From Candidatus Dormiibacterota bacterium (GTDB lineage: Bacteria; Chloroflexota; Dormibacteria; Aeolococcales; Aeolococcaceae), in assembly GCA_027365835.1 (NCBI GenBank), contig DAHXLU010000051.1, positions 1-56,263 on the forward strand: a stretch of DNA of 56,263 nucleotides, read 5' to 3'. A program made the translations under genes and the position numbers. This document shows, piece by piece, positions 36,311 to 46,092 of this stretch (the first letter of the stretch is position 1; every line of letters begins with the position of its first letter). The notes beneath the pieces are model-generated. The model did not search any database, had not been told where the DNA came from, and worked only from the letters and a program-made list of their open reading frames with translations.

Positions 36311-38137
36311 GTGGAGCAGCGTTCAGATACAATGACCGGGGTGATGCCAGAATTACGCTTCATCGATGGAACCTTGCGGCATGGACAGCAGGAGCTGCTG
36401 GATAGCCACTTGCGCCTTGAGGACGCACTGCTGCTGGCGACCGAGCTGGACGAGTGCGGTTTTGCAGCACTGGAAGTGTTTGGCGGACTTACGTTTGAGG
36501 CATCCCTGTCGGTGCTCTCAGAAGAGCCTTTTGAGCGGCTTTCCGCCATATCGGCTGTGGTTCGTCGTACACCGCTCATGGCATCGGTGGCCGGGCAGAG
36601 TCTTGCGGGCCATAACGCTGTTGCCGATGACGTTGTGGACGCCTTCTATGCTGCTGCAGCAGCGGCGGGAGTTACGCTGTTTCGCGTCCATGATCCACTC
36701 AACGATCTGGACAATGTGTCGAGATCAGTTGTGGCAGCCCATGCTGCTGGTGCAAAGGTGCAGGCTGCGCTTCTCTACACCGTCTCGCCTGCCCACACAG
36801 AAGAGTACTTCTGCGACCGTGCCCAGCAGCTGGCTCACATGGGCGTTGACTCCATTTGCCTTCTGGACCCCGCAGGGCTGCTCTCCTATGACGCCTGTCT
36901 AGCCTTGCTGCGCGGTTTTGCAGAGACAGGCTTGCCCATGGCAGTCAGTTCAACCGATGCCTGTGGACTTGGCTCCCAGGCGGCTCTCGCTGCGCGGGAT
37001 GGCGGCGCATCTACGCTCGATACCGCCTTCTCCTGGCTGGCCGGCGGGGCATCCTTGCCTGCCATTGAGCCAACCCTGTTCTCTCTTCGGCTGAAAGACG
37101 ATGGTGGAGTCGGCTGGGGACAGCTCGGCCACGTGCATGCTGCCATCGACAGGATCGCATCCGCATACGGCTCCCTGATGAACCCGCGTGCCTTTCGTCC
37201 GGACCCTATGGCATTTTCGCTTCGGGCGGTACCTGCAACTCTTGTTCACCTGCGGGAGCAGCTGCAGGAACAGAGGCTGGAGGACTCCTTCGGTGCGGCC
37301 TGTAACGAGGTGGAGCGTGTGCATCGCGAACTGGGCTTCCCGCCGCTGGTCTCTCCTGTTGGGGAGATGGTGGCCACCCAGGCGGTCTATAACCTGGCTG
37401 GAGGCGATCGCTATGCCACAGTTTCCCATCAGGTCCGGGACTACTGCCTGGGGCTCTGGGGGCGGCCGCCGGTACAGGTGGATCCAGAGATAGCCGCCAT
37501 TGTTAACGGGAAGGAGCAGCCGATAACATGCCGTCCTGCGGACCTTCTCTCTCCCGGGATGGAGCCGTCCCGCCAGCAGCTGATAGCAAAGGGATTTCCC
37601 GAACCGTCGCGCGAGCTTATTGTTGACAATGCTCTTTTTCCTGGTAGCCTCGACTTTCTTCTGAAGGAGGACAGCAGTGTTGCCGCAGCCACTGCGGAAG
37701 GAAGCGCTGCAGCGTCCATGGAGGAGAGTCAGCCGCTCTCTGCAGGGGAGGCAGCAGAACCGCTATCTTCCACGGTGGGACCCCCGATGGAAGAGCGGGT
37801 GATGCAGGTTGAGGTGGATGGCGAGCAGTTTTCAGTAGTTGTGCGCGCTGCGGCGGGCACTTTTGGCACCCACGCAGCGGCAGCATCGGCCAGCGAGCCC
37901 CAGACACCTGCGGCGGCGGGGGCGGGAGACACAGTCGTGTCCCCGATGCAGGGGGTAATTGTCAAGGTGAATGTAGCGGTCGGGCAGAGCGTGGCTGCGG
38001 GAGAGGTCGTGGCGGTGCTTGAGGCGATGAAGATGCAGAATGACGTCTGTGCGGTCCAGGCAGGCACGGTCAAGGCTATATACGTTGCACCGGGAGATGT
38101 CGTCGCGGGCCGGGCGCCAATCTGCCGGCTTGGGTAA
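36311..38137 (+). CDS. Pyruvate carboxylase subunit B / oxaloacetate decarboxylase alpha-like protein with intact biotinyl domain but degenerate carboxyltransferase site
   Basis: Overall PycB/OadA architecture (GGLTFE, DDVV, ITCRPADLL) and biotin motif EAMKM. Metal and Lys ligands are altered. Start may be 36332 or 36341. Confidence 0.8.
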   Translation: MEQRSDTMTGVMPELRFIDGTLRHGQQELLDSHLRLEDALLLATELDECGFAALEVFGGLTFEASLSVLSEEPFERLSAISAVVRRTPLMASVAGQSLAGHNAVADDVVDAFYAAAAAAGVTLFRVHDPLNDLDNVSRSVVAAHAAGAKVQAALLYTVSPAHTEEYFCDRAQQLAHMGVDSICLLDPAGLLSYDACLALLRGFAETGLPMAVSSTDACGLGSQAALAARDGGASTLDTAFSWLAGGASLPAIEPTLFSLRLKDDGGVGWGQLGHVHAAIDRIASAYGSLMNPRAFRPDPMAFSLRAVPATLVHLREQLQEQRLEDSFGAACNEVERVHRELGFPPLVSPVGEMVATQAVYNLAGGDRYATVSHQVRDYCLGLWGRPPVQVDPEIAAIVNGKEQPITCRPADLLSPGMEPSRQQLIAKGFPEPSRELIVDNALFPGSLDFLLKEDSSVAAATAEGSAAASMEESQPLSAGEAAEPLSSTVGPPMEERVMQVEVDGEQFSVVVRAAAGTFGTHAAAASASEPQTPAAAGAGDTVVSPMQGVIVKVNVAVGQSVAAGEVVAVLEAMKMQNDVCAVQAGTVKAIYVAPGDVVAGRAPICRLG

Positions 38138-38244
38138 CAACAGTTTGCTGGTGTGTGCGGGCAGGCATTTTGGGGAGTGGTGTAATCTTTCCTCCTGCAA
38201 TCCGGCAGGAGCTGTTCTTTCATAATCGCGGAGGTGGTTGAAGC

Positions 38245-39684
38245 ATGTTTCGCAAGCTTTTAGTTGCCAATAGGGGAGAGATTGCCTGCAGGGTTATTCG
38301 GGCCTGCAGGGATCTTGGAATAAAATCAGTTGCCGTCTACTCTGAGGCAGACGCACATGCTCCCTTTACCATCCTTGCGGATGAGGCGGTTCCGATTGGG
38401 GGCGCTTCGCCTGCTGAATCATATCTGAATGTCGACGCGATCATGGCTGCCGTGCGGTCCACAGGAGCAGAAGCGGTCCATCCGGGGTACGGGTTCCTGA
38501 GCGAGAATCGTGATTTTGCCACTGCATGCAGGAAGGAAGGAGTTGTTTTTGTTGGTCCGCCAAGTGAGGCGGTGGCGGCCATGGGGGAGAAGGTTCCTGC
38601 CCGTGCCAGGATGCAGAAGGCTGGTGTTCCAATTGTTCCTGGCAGTGGGGCGCTTTCTGGTCTGGACGAGGCGGTAGAGGCAGCCGCAGCTGCAGGGTAT
38701 CCAGTGCTCGTGAAAGCCAGCGCTGGTGGTGGCGGCATCGGGATGCGGACAGCTGCCGACGAGGCTAGCTTGCGCGAGGTGTGGGATAGCGCCAAAAGCA
38801 CTGCGCTGCGCGCCTTTGGCAATGACACCCTTTTTATTGAGCATTATGCTGAGGACCCACGTCATATTGAGATTCAGGTAATTGGGGACAGCCAGGGGAG
38901 GCTGGTATATGTAGGAGAGCGCGAGTGCAGCATTCAGCGACGACACCAGAAGATACTGGAGGAGACGCCCTCGGTTGCACTTGACGACAGGCTGCGGCAG
39001 AAGATGGGCAAGGCAGCTGTCTCAGCTGCGGCAGCGGTGGGTTACGTGAACGCCGGGACAGTGGAGTTTATCTTCAGTCGGGGTAACTTCTATTTCCTTG
39101 AGATGAATACGCGGCTCCAGGTGGAGCATCCGGTCACCGAGGAGGTGTATGGACTGGATCTGGTGGTGGAGCAGATCCGGGTGGCTGCAGGAGAGCCACT
39201 GTCGTTTTCCCAGAAGGATCTGGTTCGGCGGGGTCATGCCATAGAGTGCAGGATAAATGCGGAAGACCCGTTCCATAACTTCCGCCCAGCCCCCGGCAGG
39301 ATAACGGCGTACCGGGAGCCAGATGGTCCCGGAGTGCGGGTGGACAGCGCAATTACCCACCCAGCAACCGTATCTCCTTATTACGATCCCATGATAGCCA
39401 AGCTCATCGTGTGGGGCCAGGACCGGTCGCAGGCCATTGCACGGATGCGACGCGCTCTTTCTGAATACGTGATAGCTGGAGTTGTTACCAACATCCCATA
39501 CCACCTGGCAGTGCTCGAGAGTGAGCCATTTGTGTCGGGCAACTATTCGACCAGCCTGATAGAGGATAATCCACAGCTGCTGGACCGCGCCAGGGAGATA
39601 CAGGGAGAGCTGGCAAGATTTGCAGGGCTTGCACGCGACAATGCCCAGGTAGCAGCGATTGCGGCAGCAGCGGCTACGGTCTGA
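38245..39684 (+). CDS. accC: Biotin carboxylase (AccC/PycA family)
   Basis: LVANRGEIA, HPGYGFLSEN, KASAGGGGIGM, ERECSIQRRHQK, EMNTRLQVEHPVTE, RINAED, YYDPMIAKL. Confidence 0.93.
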   Translation: MFRKLLVANRGEIACRVIRACRDLGIKSVAVYSEADAHAPFTILADEAVPIGGASPAESYLNVDAIMAAVRSTGAEAVHPGYGFLSENRDFATACRKEGVVFVGPPSEAVAAMGEKVPARARMQKAGVPIVPGSGALSGLDEAVEAAAAAGYPVLVKASAGGGGIGMRTAADEASLREVWDSAKSTALRAFGNDTLFIEHYAEDPRHIEIQVIGDSQGRLVYVGERECSIQRRHQKILEETPSVALDDRLRQKMGKAAVSAAAAVGYVNAGTVEFIFSRGNFYFLEMNTRLQVEHPVTEEVYGLDLVVEQIRVAAGEPLSFSQKDLVRRGHAIECRINAEDPFHNFRPAPGRITAYREPDGPGVRVDSAITHPATVSPYYDPMIAKLIVWGQDRSQAIARMRRALSEYVIAGVVTNIPYHLAVLESEPFVSGNYSTSLIEDNPQLLDRAREIQGELARFAGLARDNAQVAAIAAAAATV

Positions 39685-39720
39685 CTGGCGAGATGCTCGC
39701 CCGGCAAGAAAAAGTCTCTG

Positions 39721-40416
39721 GTGATTGACCGGTGGGATGACTGGCGCGATGCCGTTGCGGCAGAGTTTGTGGCCTGGGTAGTGGCGCTGCAGGGGGAACA
39801 GGGCAGCGCGGGAGACCATCTGGTGCTGGAATTTTCTCCCGGGCGACCCTATCTGGATCTTCTTATGGGAAAGTCGATGGGACGCTATCTCCATATGCAT
39901 ATGAGCGTTGCAGGGGAGCGTGTCCTGACGGAGGGAAGGGACTTTGGGGCCGGCGCTGACGCTTACGTTTCTCCTGCAGCTGCGATCGCAGGGAAGGTAG
40001 GTGCGCTGGCGCTGGAGCATACGGTAGCGCTTGCCGGCCTGGGTCTGGCTCCTTCTACGCTGAGCGCGCTTACGCAGGTGGCACTGGAGAAACAGATTCC
40101 GTTATTTCTTGTCGCTGAGGATGCTGCGCGATCTTCCCTGCAAGCGGTGCTGGCTCGCCTTGCAAAGGTTAGCCAGGCAGACGCGGTACATATCCCAAAA
40201 CAGTTTGATGGCAGGAGGGTCTACGACGTAATACGGGTGGATGGGAGAGAAGCACTTATCCAATATGCCCTGGAGCTATTTCCAGAGGTGGACTGGCATC
40301 TCTATGCCGAGCAGCTTGAACTGGAGCTGCAACCTTTTTGCCAGATGGATGGAACCTGGATTGTGCCTTCCCAGGTGGTTGTCATCCAGCACCCTCCTGC
40401 CGTGGTTACGCACTAA
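39721..40416 (+). CDS. Hypothetical protein (possibly remote methyltransferase-like fold)
   Basis: 231-aa ORF following accC; only weak resemblance to class I SAM-methyltransferase topology. Confidence 0.5.
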   Translation: MIDRWDDWRDAVAAEFVAWVVALQGEQGSAGDHLVLEFSPGRPYLDLLMGKSMGRYLHMHMSVAGERVLTEGRDFGAGADAYVSPAAAIAGKVGALALEHTVALAGLGLAPSTLSALTQVALEKQIPLFLVAEDAARSSLQAVLARLAKVSQADAVHIPKQFDGRRVYDVIRVDGREALIQYALELFPEVDWHLYAEQLELELQPFCQMDGTWIVPSQVVVIQHPPAVVTH

Positions 40417-42868
40417 GCTGCACCGTATAGGAGGACAGGTTGTGGCCATTGAGGTCGGTTATCGAGCTGCCCAGCGATACAGTGATGGTGCCAGCTGTGA
40501 TGGGACCAGCAGAGATGATGAGCGTGCGTGTGTTCACATCGTATCTGGTGGTGACAAGGACGTTGGTACCGTTGCCTGTAGTGACGGTTACTGCGTTGGC
40601 TGTCGTGCTGGGCTCAAGGTCACTGTCAAACCCTATTGCGATTGTCGTTGCGCTGGGAGACTGGCTGAGGGCCGCCGAGATTATCATGGGGCCGGGGCCA
40701 ACAGGCTGTTCCCCGCTGATTGATACTCCAGTTATGGAGAATGTGCCGGGTGTCTTGCCATTCACCAGCGTTATCTCTTCGTTGGCATACGCTGCAGTCT
40801 GTCCCTGACTGTTAAAATCGGTTACCAGACGGGCCGTCGCAGTGATCTGGCTGGGCGCTGACTGGTAATAGCTGATCATATAGCCCCGGTTAAGATCAGG
40901 CGGGACCGTTCCGGAAAAGACTGCTCCTGGTGCAAGTTTTGCGTAGACTGCTGAGGTGTCGCCACTCACTTCTGCGTTGAGCAGTTTGGTAACGGTGTCA
41001 AGCAGTCCTGCCTGCTGAGACGGGGGTGTTATGAGGGAGGCCGGTAGTGTAGCTTGCGCCACGGTTAGCGCTCCAGCCGTCTGCTCCTCTGTGAACGCCA
41101 GCTGGTCCCCTGCAGGAGTCCAGCTTATGCCCTGTACCGCGGTTGCGGGAACTGTAGCTATGACAACGCCGGACGGCACTGATGCGAGCTCTACCCCAGT
41201 CTGGGCCGTGGGCAGTTCCTGTCCAGCCAGCCCGACTGCGAGCAGCGATCCCGAAGGAGAGAGCGCAAGAGAGGTTGGGGTGAGGCCAGCAGGAATCGGG
41301 ACCGGGATGGTTGTAGCAGCGGTGTTTCCTGCGGCGGCCATTTCAATCACAGGTGAAGAACCAGCGCTGTTTAGCCAGGCCATGGTGGCTCCATCTGAGG
41401 TAAAGGTGACGGGTCCAGCAAGTCCGGTCAGCTGGGTTACTCCGCCGGTAGCTATGTCCAGTAGTTCTGGCGCACTGTCAGGCGTGCTGGAGCTGGCGGG
41501 AGCAGAAGATGCGGGGGGCTGCTGGGTGGTGAGTGGGGTCGGCCCAGGTGTTGCGGCAGCTGTGCCACTCGGAGGTGTCCCTGTTGGGAAGGTTGATGTG
41601 GGCACAGCTGCAGCGGTGAGGACTGCGTAGCCACAGCCCGGTGCAAATTCGCTTATCGTGGTGCCGGCTGGCAAGGGTGCGGTGGTCTGGGCAAGAGAGG
41701 AGAGAGAGGCGGTTACAAGCGACCCGTCATGAGAAAAGAGCAGGTGGCTGTTTCCATCCCAGCACAATGCGGATGAGGTGTCGGCTACAAACCGGGTTGC
41801 TGTCATCTTGCTTCCGGTAATCGTAAAGATTGTTCCGCTGCCCGTTCCAATTGCGGCTACGGTACTGCCATCGGGGGAAAGGGCCAGTCCCGCCGAAGGG
41901 GGGCCCAGGACCGTGACAGGGTTTCCTGCCGGGGAAAGCAGCTCGGTGGCACCGTTCTGGGCAGCTCCCTGTTGCGAGGCTGTCCCTCCAGAACCGCCAC
42001 TGCTTCCTCCCGCACCATTCCCAGGTTCTGACCCTGTGACCTGGGAGGGAGATGGGGACGCGCCTGAGGCTGGGGATACACCGGGGGACGCCGTACCAGT
42101 GAGGGGGGAAGAGCCGCCGCTTCCTGTGGAGGAGGCTGGTTCGGTGGAGCCTGCCGGCAGGGTTCCCGCACCTACTATGGTGCCGCTTCCGGTTGCAAGA
42201 ATGGAGGTACCGCCGAGAGCGGTTCCGACCTGCACCGGCACAACAGTGGGGGTGTTGACCGTTACGGTAGGCGATGGCTGCGGCTTTGGCTGGGTGCCAA
42301 AGGCGATGTACATGCTCCTGGCAGGTATTGCGCCGCTTGCGGTTCGGGCAGTGCTCGCGCTTATCGTCACCTTGTACGGGGTATCCGCGGCCAGCCCATG
42401 CAGCGGGTGGATAAGCAGGGAGTTGCCGTTCCATCTGGTGGTGTAGGCCGTTGCAGGTTGTATATGGAGTGCCTGGACAACACTGGCATGATCCATCGGC
42501 TGGTTGAACGAGACCGTTATGGTGTCGTTCAGGGCAACGCTATGCTGGGCAGAGACGTTGGACGAGGCGACTACCAGCAGCTGCTGGCCCTTGGGGAGGT
42601 TGATGGAGAGGCTGGCAAGCCCGGCGGCCCCGAGAATTACGCCGACAAAGGCAGCTCCCCAGGCGAGCCGGACAGCGGGTGCCTGGAAGAGGAAATAGCG
42701 GCGCTGGCGCCGGGTCGCCTCGGAGACAAGCGACATGCGCAGATTGCGGACAAAGATCGGCGCTGGAGCCACAGAAGGGCGACCGCGCCGGGCCTTTGCC
42801 GCAAGCTCAAGGAGGGACGGGTCTTGCCGGAACAGCTCCAGCAGTTCAGGGTCTTTCTCAGGGATGCT
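40406..42868 (-). CDS. Large membrane-anchored putative anti-sigma factor with Ig-like domains and beta-propeller-like repeats
   Basis: ATG 42868 overlaps the sigma gene 3' end. Cytoplasmic PAPIFVRNLRMSL, one TM helix, Ig-like ITVSFNQPMD..LAADTPYKVTI, SPDG/TSDG/SPSG/TPAG propeller-type repeats, and a C-terminal Ig-like IAIGFDSDLE..ITDLNGHNL. Confidence 0.75.
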   Translation of the reverse strand, partial: SIPEKDPELLELFRQDPSLLELAAKARRGRPSVAPAPIFVRNLRMSLVSEATRRQRRYFLFQAPAVRLAWGAAFVGVILGAAGLASLSINLPKGQQLLVVASSNVSAQHSVALNDTITVSFNQPMDHASVVQALHIQPATAYTTRWNGNSLLIHPLHGLAADTPYKVTISASTARTASGAIPARSMYIAFGTQPKPQPSPTVTVNTPTVVPVQVGTALGGTSILATGSGTIVGAGTLPAGSTEPASSTGSGGSSPLTGTASPGVSPASGASPSPSQVTGSEPGNGAGGSSGGSGGTASQQGAAQNGATELLSPAGNPVTVLGPPSAGLALSPDGSTVAAIGTGSGTIFTITGSKMTATRFVADTSSALCWDGNSHLLFSHDGSLVTASLSSLAQTTAPLPAGTTISEFAPGCGYAVLTAAAVPTSTFPTGTPPSGTAAATPGPTPLTTQQPPASSAPASSSTPDSAPELLDIATGGVTQLTGLAGPVTFTSDGATMAWLNSAGSSPVIEMAAAGNTAATTIPVPIPAGLTPTSLALSPSGSLLAVGLAGQELPTAQTGVELASVPSGVVIATVPATAVQGISWTPAGDQLAFTEEQTAGALTVAQATLPASLITPPSQQAGLLDTVTKLLNAEVSGDTSAVYAKLAPGAVFSGTVPPDLNRGYMISYYQSAPSQITATARLVTDFNSQGQTAAYANEEITLVNGKTPGTFSITGVSISGEQPVGPGPMIISAALSQSPSATTIAIGFDSDLEPSTTANAVTVTTGNGTNVLVTTRYDVNTRTLIISAGPITAGTITVSLGSSITDLNGHNLSSYTVQLSA

Positions 42869-43421
42869 CATCGGCCCCACCCCTCTCCTCAAGCTGGCTG
42901 CGAAGTGTGTTCATTCCCCTGTGGATCAGGAGTTTGATGGCTCCTTCGCTTTTGCCCATGATTACTCCAATCTGGGCCAGTTTGAGATCCTCGCCAAGTT
43001 TCAGCGACACAGCGGTTCTCTGTTGTTTGGGGAGTTGGTCGATTGCAATCCAGATGCGCTCTGCCTCCTGCCTCCGGATGACAGTCTCGGACACCTCGGT
43101 AGCGTGGTCGGGTACGCTCGCGGCTTCATCCAGTTCTGCATGGTGCTTGCGGCCGCGGTAGTAGTCGTTGACCGCGTTGGCAGATATCTGGTAAAGCCAG
43201 GAGCTGAAAGGGCGGCCAGTTGACTGGTATCTCCCAATTGCCCGAAGCGCCTTGAAGAAGACATCGGAAGTGACATCCTGGGCAATCTCGGTGCTCCGCA
43301 CCCGGCTGTAGACAAACCTGTAGATCTGATCCACATACTGGTCGTAGAGTTCCCCAAAGGCTTCCGGGTTTTTCTTGGCACGTTCTACCAGCTCTTCTTC
43401 ATATTCCCGCGGCAGCGTCAT
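42858..43421 (-). CDS. ECF RNA polymerase sigma factor
   Basis: AFGELYDQY..IYRFVY, AQDVTSDVFFKAL, FSSWLYQISAN, LPKQQR, IGVIMGKSEGAIKLLIHRG. Confidence 0.93.
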   Translation of the reverse strand: MTLPREYEEELVERAKKNPEAFGELYDQYVDQIYRFVYSRVRSTEIAQDVTSDVFFKALRAIGRYQSTGRPFSSWLYQISANAVNDYYRGRKHHAELDEAASVPDHATEVSETVIRRQEAERIWIAIDQLPKQQRTAVSLKLGEDLKLAQIGVIMGKSEGAIKLLIHRGMNTLRSQLEERGGADEHP

Positions 43422-43448
43422 CTATTCTCGGCGCTCACGTACACAGTC

Positions 43449-43475
43449 AACGGCCAGAATGCGACTGGGGTTACA
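43449..43475 (-). promoter_or_regulatory. Putative autoregulatory ECF promoter TGTAAC-N17-CGTT
   Basis: Minus strand reads TGTAAC-cccagtcgcattctggc-CGTT about 28 bp upstream of the sigma ATG. Fits the general ECF AAC...CGT pattern. Confidence 0.55.
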
Positions 43476-43700
43476 TTCGCCCAGGCGCAGCAGGCAAGGT
43501 GCGTGTCCCATCCGCCAGGCAGTGGTGCCGGGGTGCCTGCTCCACCGCAGGTACGGGTCACAAAATGCCAGGAGCAGGGGCAGGTACGCATTCTGCCAGT
43601 ATATTGGGGAGGCCGATCCTGAGTGCCCAGCTGTGTAGTCCCACCTTTCTGGAGTTGGGGAAGCACTGTTAGCGGTTCAACTGTTTTTTGAGGGAGATGG

Positions 43701-44654
43701 ATGCCGATCCAGCCTGACATGCCAGTGGGCCCATCCGGAGGCGGGGCAACAGCAGTCGAGGCGGCCTCCCAGGGGCGCGCATGGAGACAGGTAGCAGCAA
43801 CGTGGGCTCATGCCCGGCTCGTACAGGGTGCGGGTTCCAGGGTGCTCTTTGTCGGGTGTGGTACTGCGGGTCATATCGGCCAGGCAGTGGCGAGGCTGCT
43901 CGAGGAGCGTAAAGCAGCTATCTGCGATGCATGTACCCCGGGGCTCTATCCAGGGCACCGGGAATATGACACTGCCGTGTTCATCTCCCGGAGCGGTAGC
44001 ACCAGTGAGACGGTTGCAGCTGCCAGATCCAGCCATAATGCCGGTCGAAAGGTGGCAATTGTGGGATGTGAGGGCACTCCACTGGCTGAGCTTGCCGATG
44101 AGACCTATGTCATAGATCCGGTGCCAGAAAGTGCCATTGTGCAGACCGTCTTTCCAACTTCCGTGCTGGCATTTTTCAGGCTGCAGATGGGAGATGACAT
44201 TGCCGGACTGGCAGGCTTCCTGGATGCACCTGTTCCAGAGGGAGAGAGCCAGGACAGATCCAGCGGGGAGGGAATCCGCCGCCTGCAGTTTCCCCCCGCG
44301 CTCTCTGGGAGCCGGGTGGTTTTTCTGGGAGAGCACTGGGCTTCTGCCCTGGCTGGGGAAGCGGCGCTCAAGCTGAAAGAGCTGACCCTGGGCTGGGCAG
44401 AGGCGTATGTTGCGCCGGAATTCCGGCACGGGCCCATTTCGGGAGCCGGGCCCACAACACTGGTGTGGCAGCTGGGACCAGTTGATCTCCGGCTCGCGGC
44501 AGAGATCCGTGCGCTGGGTAGTCCACTGTTTGGCGGAGAGCTGGATCCCATGGTTGAGCTTGCAGGTATCTACCAGTGGGCGGTTGCCCGGGCGGTTGCC
44601 CGGGGGCTGGACCCTGACGCCCCACGGCATCTGAAAAGGTCGGTGATCCTCTGA
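43701..44654 (+). CDS. SIS-domain sugar-phosphate isomerase/deaminase (GlmS-C/AgaS-like)
   Basis: FVGCGT, ISRSGSTSET, EAALKLKE, EFRHGPIS, RGLDPDAPRHLKRSVIL; adjacent to nagA. Confidence 0.85.
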   Translation: MPIQPDMPVGPSGGGATAVEAASQGRAWRQVAATWAHARLVQGAGSRVLFVGCGTAGHIGQAVARLLEERKAAICDACTPGLYPGHREYDTAVFISRSGSTSETVAAARSSHNAGRKVAIVGCEGTPLAELADETYVIDPVPESAIVQTVFPTSVLAFFRLQMGDDIAGLAGFLDAPVPEGESQDRSSGEGIRRLQFPPALSGSRVVFLGEHWASALAGEAALKLKELTLGWAEAYVAPEFRHGPISGAGPTTLVWQLGPVDLRLAAEIRALGSPLFGGELDPMVELAGIYQWAVARAVARGLDPDAPRHLKRSVIL

Positions 44655-44712
44655 GCCACTCTCGGGCTGGGAACTTTGCAACCCCTGCCGTACTCTCCAT
44701 GCAGCGCTGCCG

Positions 44713-45951
44713 ATGATCAGCAGGATTGTGGGTGGGCGCGTGGTCAACCATGGAGAGGTTGTGGGTAGCACCCTGGTCCTGGATGGACCACGTATTGCAG
44801 GAGTTGATTCCTCTGCGGGGCAAGATGCCACCCACAAGACTCTCCTCGCAGTTGCGACCAGGAGCAGCGGCGGGCAAGCGGCAGGATCTGCTGCCTACGA
44901 TCTGGATGCAGAGGGCTGCTGGGTGGTTCCGGGATTTGTGGACCTGCATTGCCATGGGGCGGTTGGCGTGGATTTTGCCACGGCCAGCGCGGAGGAGATG
45001 GGCCGTGCACTGGCTTACCATCTGGGGCATGGCACCACCACCTGCCTGCCAACTATTGCCTCTACCAGCTTGCCGGGCTATCTCGCCCAGATAAAGTCGC
45101 AGCCTCCGGGTGAGCCCGGCGCCCTGGGGTCGTCCTTTGGTGGCTACCATCTGGAGGGACCATTCCTGAATCCGGAGCAGCGTGGCGCCTCCTCCCTGGG
45201 GAGTCTCTTGCTGCCGGGAGAGGAGGTGGTTGCGCAACTCCTGGACGCGGCAGGAGGCAGGGTCAGGATGGTAACGCTTGCTCCCGAGCTACCCGGGATT
45301 GGTGATATTGCACTGGGTCTGCGCGCGGCGGGGGTGGTTGTGGCTGCTGGACATACCGGGGCGAGCCGCGACGAGGCGCTGGCTGCGGCAAGGGACGGGC
45401 TCTTCACCCATGTCACTCATCTCTTCAACGGCATGCCACCATTTCACCATCGACAGCCAGGTGTTTTTGGGGCGCTTTTTGCATGCCGTGACCTGACCTG
45501 TGACCTGATCTGTGACGGCAAGCACCTGGACCCAGCGGTTGTCCACCTGGTGACCGGGTCACTCGGGTTTTCCCGCGTGGCACTGATCACTGACGCAGTT
45601 TCGGCCTGTGGAGCGGGCCCGGGCGAGTTTCCTCTGGGAGATTCGTCTGTTACGGTCCGGGTTGCAGGAGAGGCCCCAGAGATACAGGGTCGTCTGGCGG
45701 GCAGCGTACTCACCATGGACCGTGCCGTTGCCAATGCGGTTGGGATGTGTGGAGTATCTGTTGGGGCTGCTTCCCTCATGGCCAGCGAGGTGCCTGCCAG
45801 GGTGGCTGGATTTGACGACCGGGGTTCATTTGACCCGGGGATGGCTGCGGACTGTGTGCTACTGGACCAGAGGCTTTCGCTGGTGGCAGTGGTGCGTGCT
45901 GGACAGCTGGTAGAGCCGTCGCTGGGCCAGGATACCCCGCATGAAACCTGA
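44713..45951 (+). CDS. nagA: N-acetylglucosamine-6-phosphate deacetylase
   Basis: PGFVDLHCHG, HLEGPF, TLAPE, GHT, THLFNGM, ITDA, LAGS.LTMD. Confidence 0.92.
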   Translation: MISRIVGGRVVNHGEVVGSTLVLDGPRIAGVDSSAGQDATHKTLLAVATRSSGGQAAGSAAYDLDAEGCWVVPGFVDLHCHGAVGVDFATASAEEMGRALAYHLGHGTTTCLPTIASTSLPGYLAQIKSQPPGEPGALGSSFGGYHLEGPFLNPEQRGASSLGSLLLPGEEVVAQLLDAAGGRVRMVTLAPELPGIGDIALGLRAAGVVVAAGHTGASRDEALAAARDGLFTHVTHLFNGMPPFHHRQPGVFGALFACRDLTCDLICDGKHLDPAVVHLVTGSLGFSRVALITDAVSACGAGPGEFPLGDSSVTVRVAGEAPEIQGRLAGSVLTMDRAVANAVGMCGVSVGAASLMASEVPARVAGFDDRGSFDPGMAADCVLLDQRLSLVAVVRAGQLVEPSLGQDTPHET

Positions 45952-46092
45952 TGGCGGCACCGCATTTATTGCATGGTGAGTTAGCTGGAGGTACAGGCTG
46001 CCAGGGGCAAGCCCTCCAGAGGACAGGACGGCGATCTCGCGGCTCTGGAGGCCGGAAGGGCAGGAGGGCAGCTCACGGGACTGGATGAAGCG

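Noticed and set aside
43677-45237. Long minus-strand ORFs (386 and 289 aa) over SIS/nagA
   Set aside because: Antisense shadows of well-supported genes.
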